This document shows, in pieces, positions 30,270 through 30,627 of a stretch of DNA of 30,627 nucleotides. This DNA comes from a virus. The position numbers were made by a program, and so were the translations under genes. The notes beneath the pieces were generated by a model that saw nothing but the letters and a program-made list of their open reading frames with translations, was not told the origin of the DNA and ran no database searches. Position 1 is the first letter of the stretch; every line of letters begins with the position of its first letter. Location: positions 1-30,627 of IMG/VR virus record IMGVR_UViG_3300000949_000001. The stretch is one strand, 5' to 3'.

Positions 30270-30584
30270 TTACCAACGTCTTTTTTTACCAGCAATGTCG
30301 TAATGCGTGAAAGTTGAATAAGCCTTTAAACCTCCTTGTGGTAAATCTCCTTTTTCAATTAATAATTCAATAACCTCGTAAACTTTTTTTGGTGTGTAAT
30401 CTTGAACTACTATATCAGCAGCAATACCTAAAAGATGTTTTGATTTACTAGCACCTCCTATCTTTTTATTGTGAGATGGACTTCTATAACCACTATTGAT
30501 TTTAATAGACTTGCCTAAATGTTCACGCAATATCTGTAAATAACCAGCTAACTTTTTAATGTTATCTAAAACATCAGTAGGCAT
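30270..30584 (-). CDS. Peptidase_M15_3-type zinc peptidase, endolysin candidate
   Basis: SGYRSPSHNKKIGGASKSKHLLGIAADI...THYD matches the H-x6-D...H zinc-ligand pattern of the M15 family. The start lies inside the terminal repeat. Confidence 0.8.
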   Translation of the reverse strand: MPTDVLDNIKKLAGYLQILREHLGKSIKINSGYRSPSHNKKIGGASKSKHLLGIAADIVVQDYTPKKVYEVIELLIEKGDLPQGGLKAYSTFTHYDIAGKKRRW

Positions 30585-30627
30585 TGGAGAATTATCTTTC
30601 GACTGAAACTCTGAAAGTGAAAAATTA
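30579..30627. repeat. Terminal direct repeat, right copy (identical to 1..49)
   Basis: Exact 49-nt identity with the window start. Confidence 0.95.

Noticed and set aside
1-30627. Temperate lifestyle, or a defence system such as CRISPR-Cas, restriction-modification, retron, DGR or toxin-antitoxin.
   Set aside because: I recognised no integrase, reverse transcriptase, methyltransferase, cas gene or obvious TA pair in any frame. The many nucleases (2 HNH, VRR-NUC, ParB-like and up to 3 PD-(D/E)XK) are individually ordinary phage replication, recombination or homing functions.

Overview
The window is one complete tailed-phage genome that closes into a circle. Bases 1-49 are identical to 30579-30627, so the unit length is 30578 bp. 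The sequence is visibly AT-rich. Every credible protein gene lies on the minus strand, and genes are tightly packed with many ATGA or TAATG stop/start overlaps. Start codons lack Shine-Dalgarno leaders and instead follow A/C-rich leaders. TAnnTTTG boxes recur in the intergenic gaps. Together these point to a Bacteroidota (Flavobacteriia-like) host; this is inference, not a database result.

Modules, listed in transcription order (descending coordinates):
- Early, replication and recombination genes (23163 to 15449): small HTH protein, Rad52-like annealing protein, SSB-like protein ending in DLPF, PD-(D/E)XK exonuclease, DnaA-domain-IV-like protein, VRR-NUC nuclease, a replication initiator with iterons inside its own gene, primase-helicase and a ParB-like nuclease-domain protein.
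- Packaging and head genes (15326 to 7957): TerS, TerL, portal, MuF-like protein with a C-terminal HExxH domain, HK97-type prohead protease and HK97-type capsid.
- A roughly 2.7-kb island of tiny genes (7956 to 5201) with its own promoter and terminator candidates and an operator-like repeat array.
- Head-tail connector genes (5200 to 3247).
- Fibre-like genes plus a lysis cassette that wraps over the window ends (3237 to 47, then 30584 to 29227). The cassette has holin-like ORFs, an M15 endolysin and a candidate u-spanin, and it is interrupted by two NUMOD4/HNH homing endonucleases.
- Tail tube, chaperones, tape measure and a 739-aa distal tail protein (29142 to 23298).

The only plus-strand unit is a tRNA-like gene with an aberrant anticodon arm. 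I saw no integrase, CRISPR array, rRNA or transposase. All function calls rest on motifs recognised by eye and on gene order. No searches were run.
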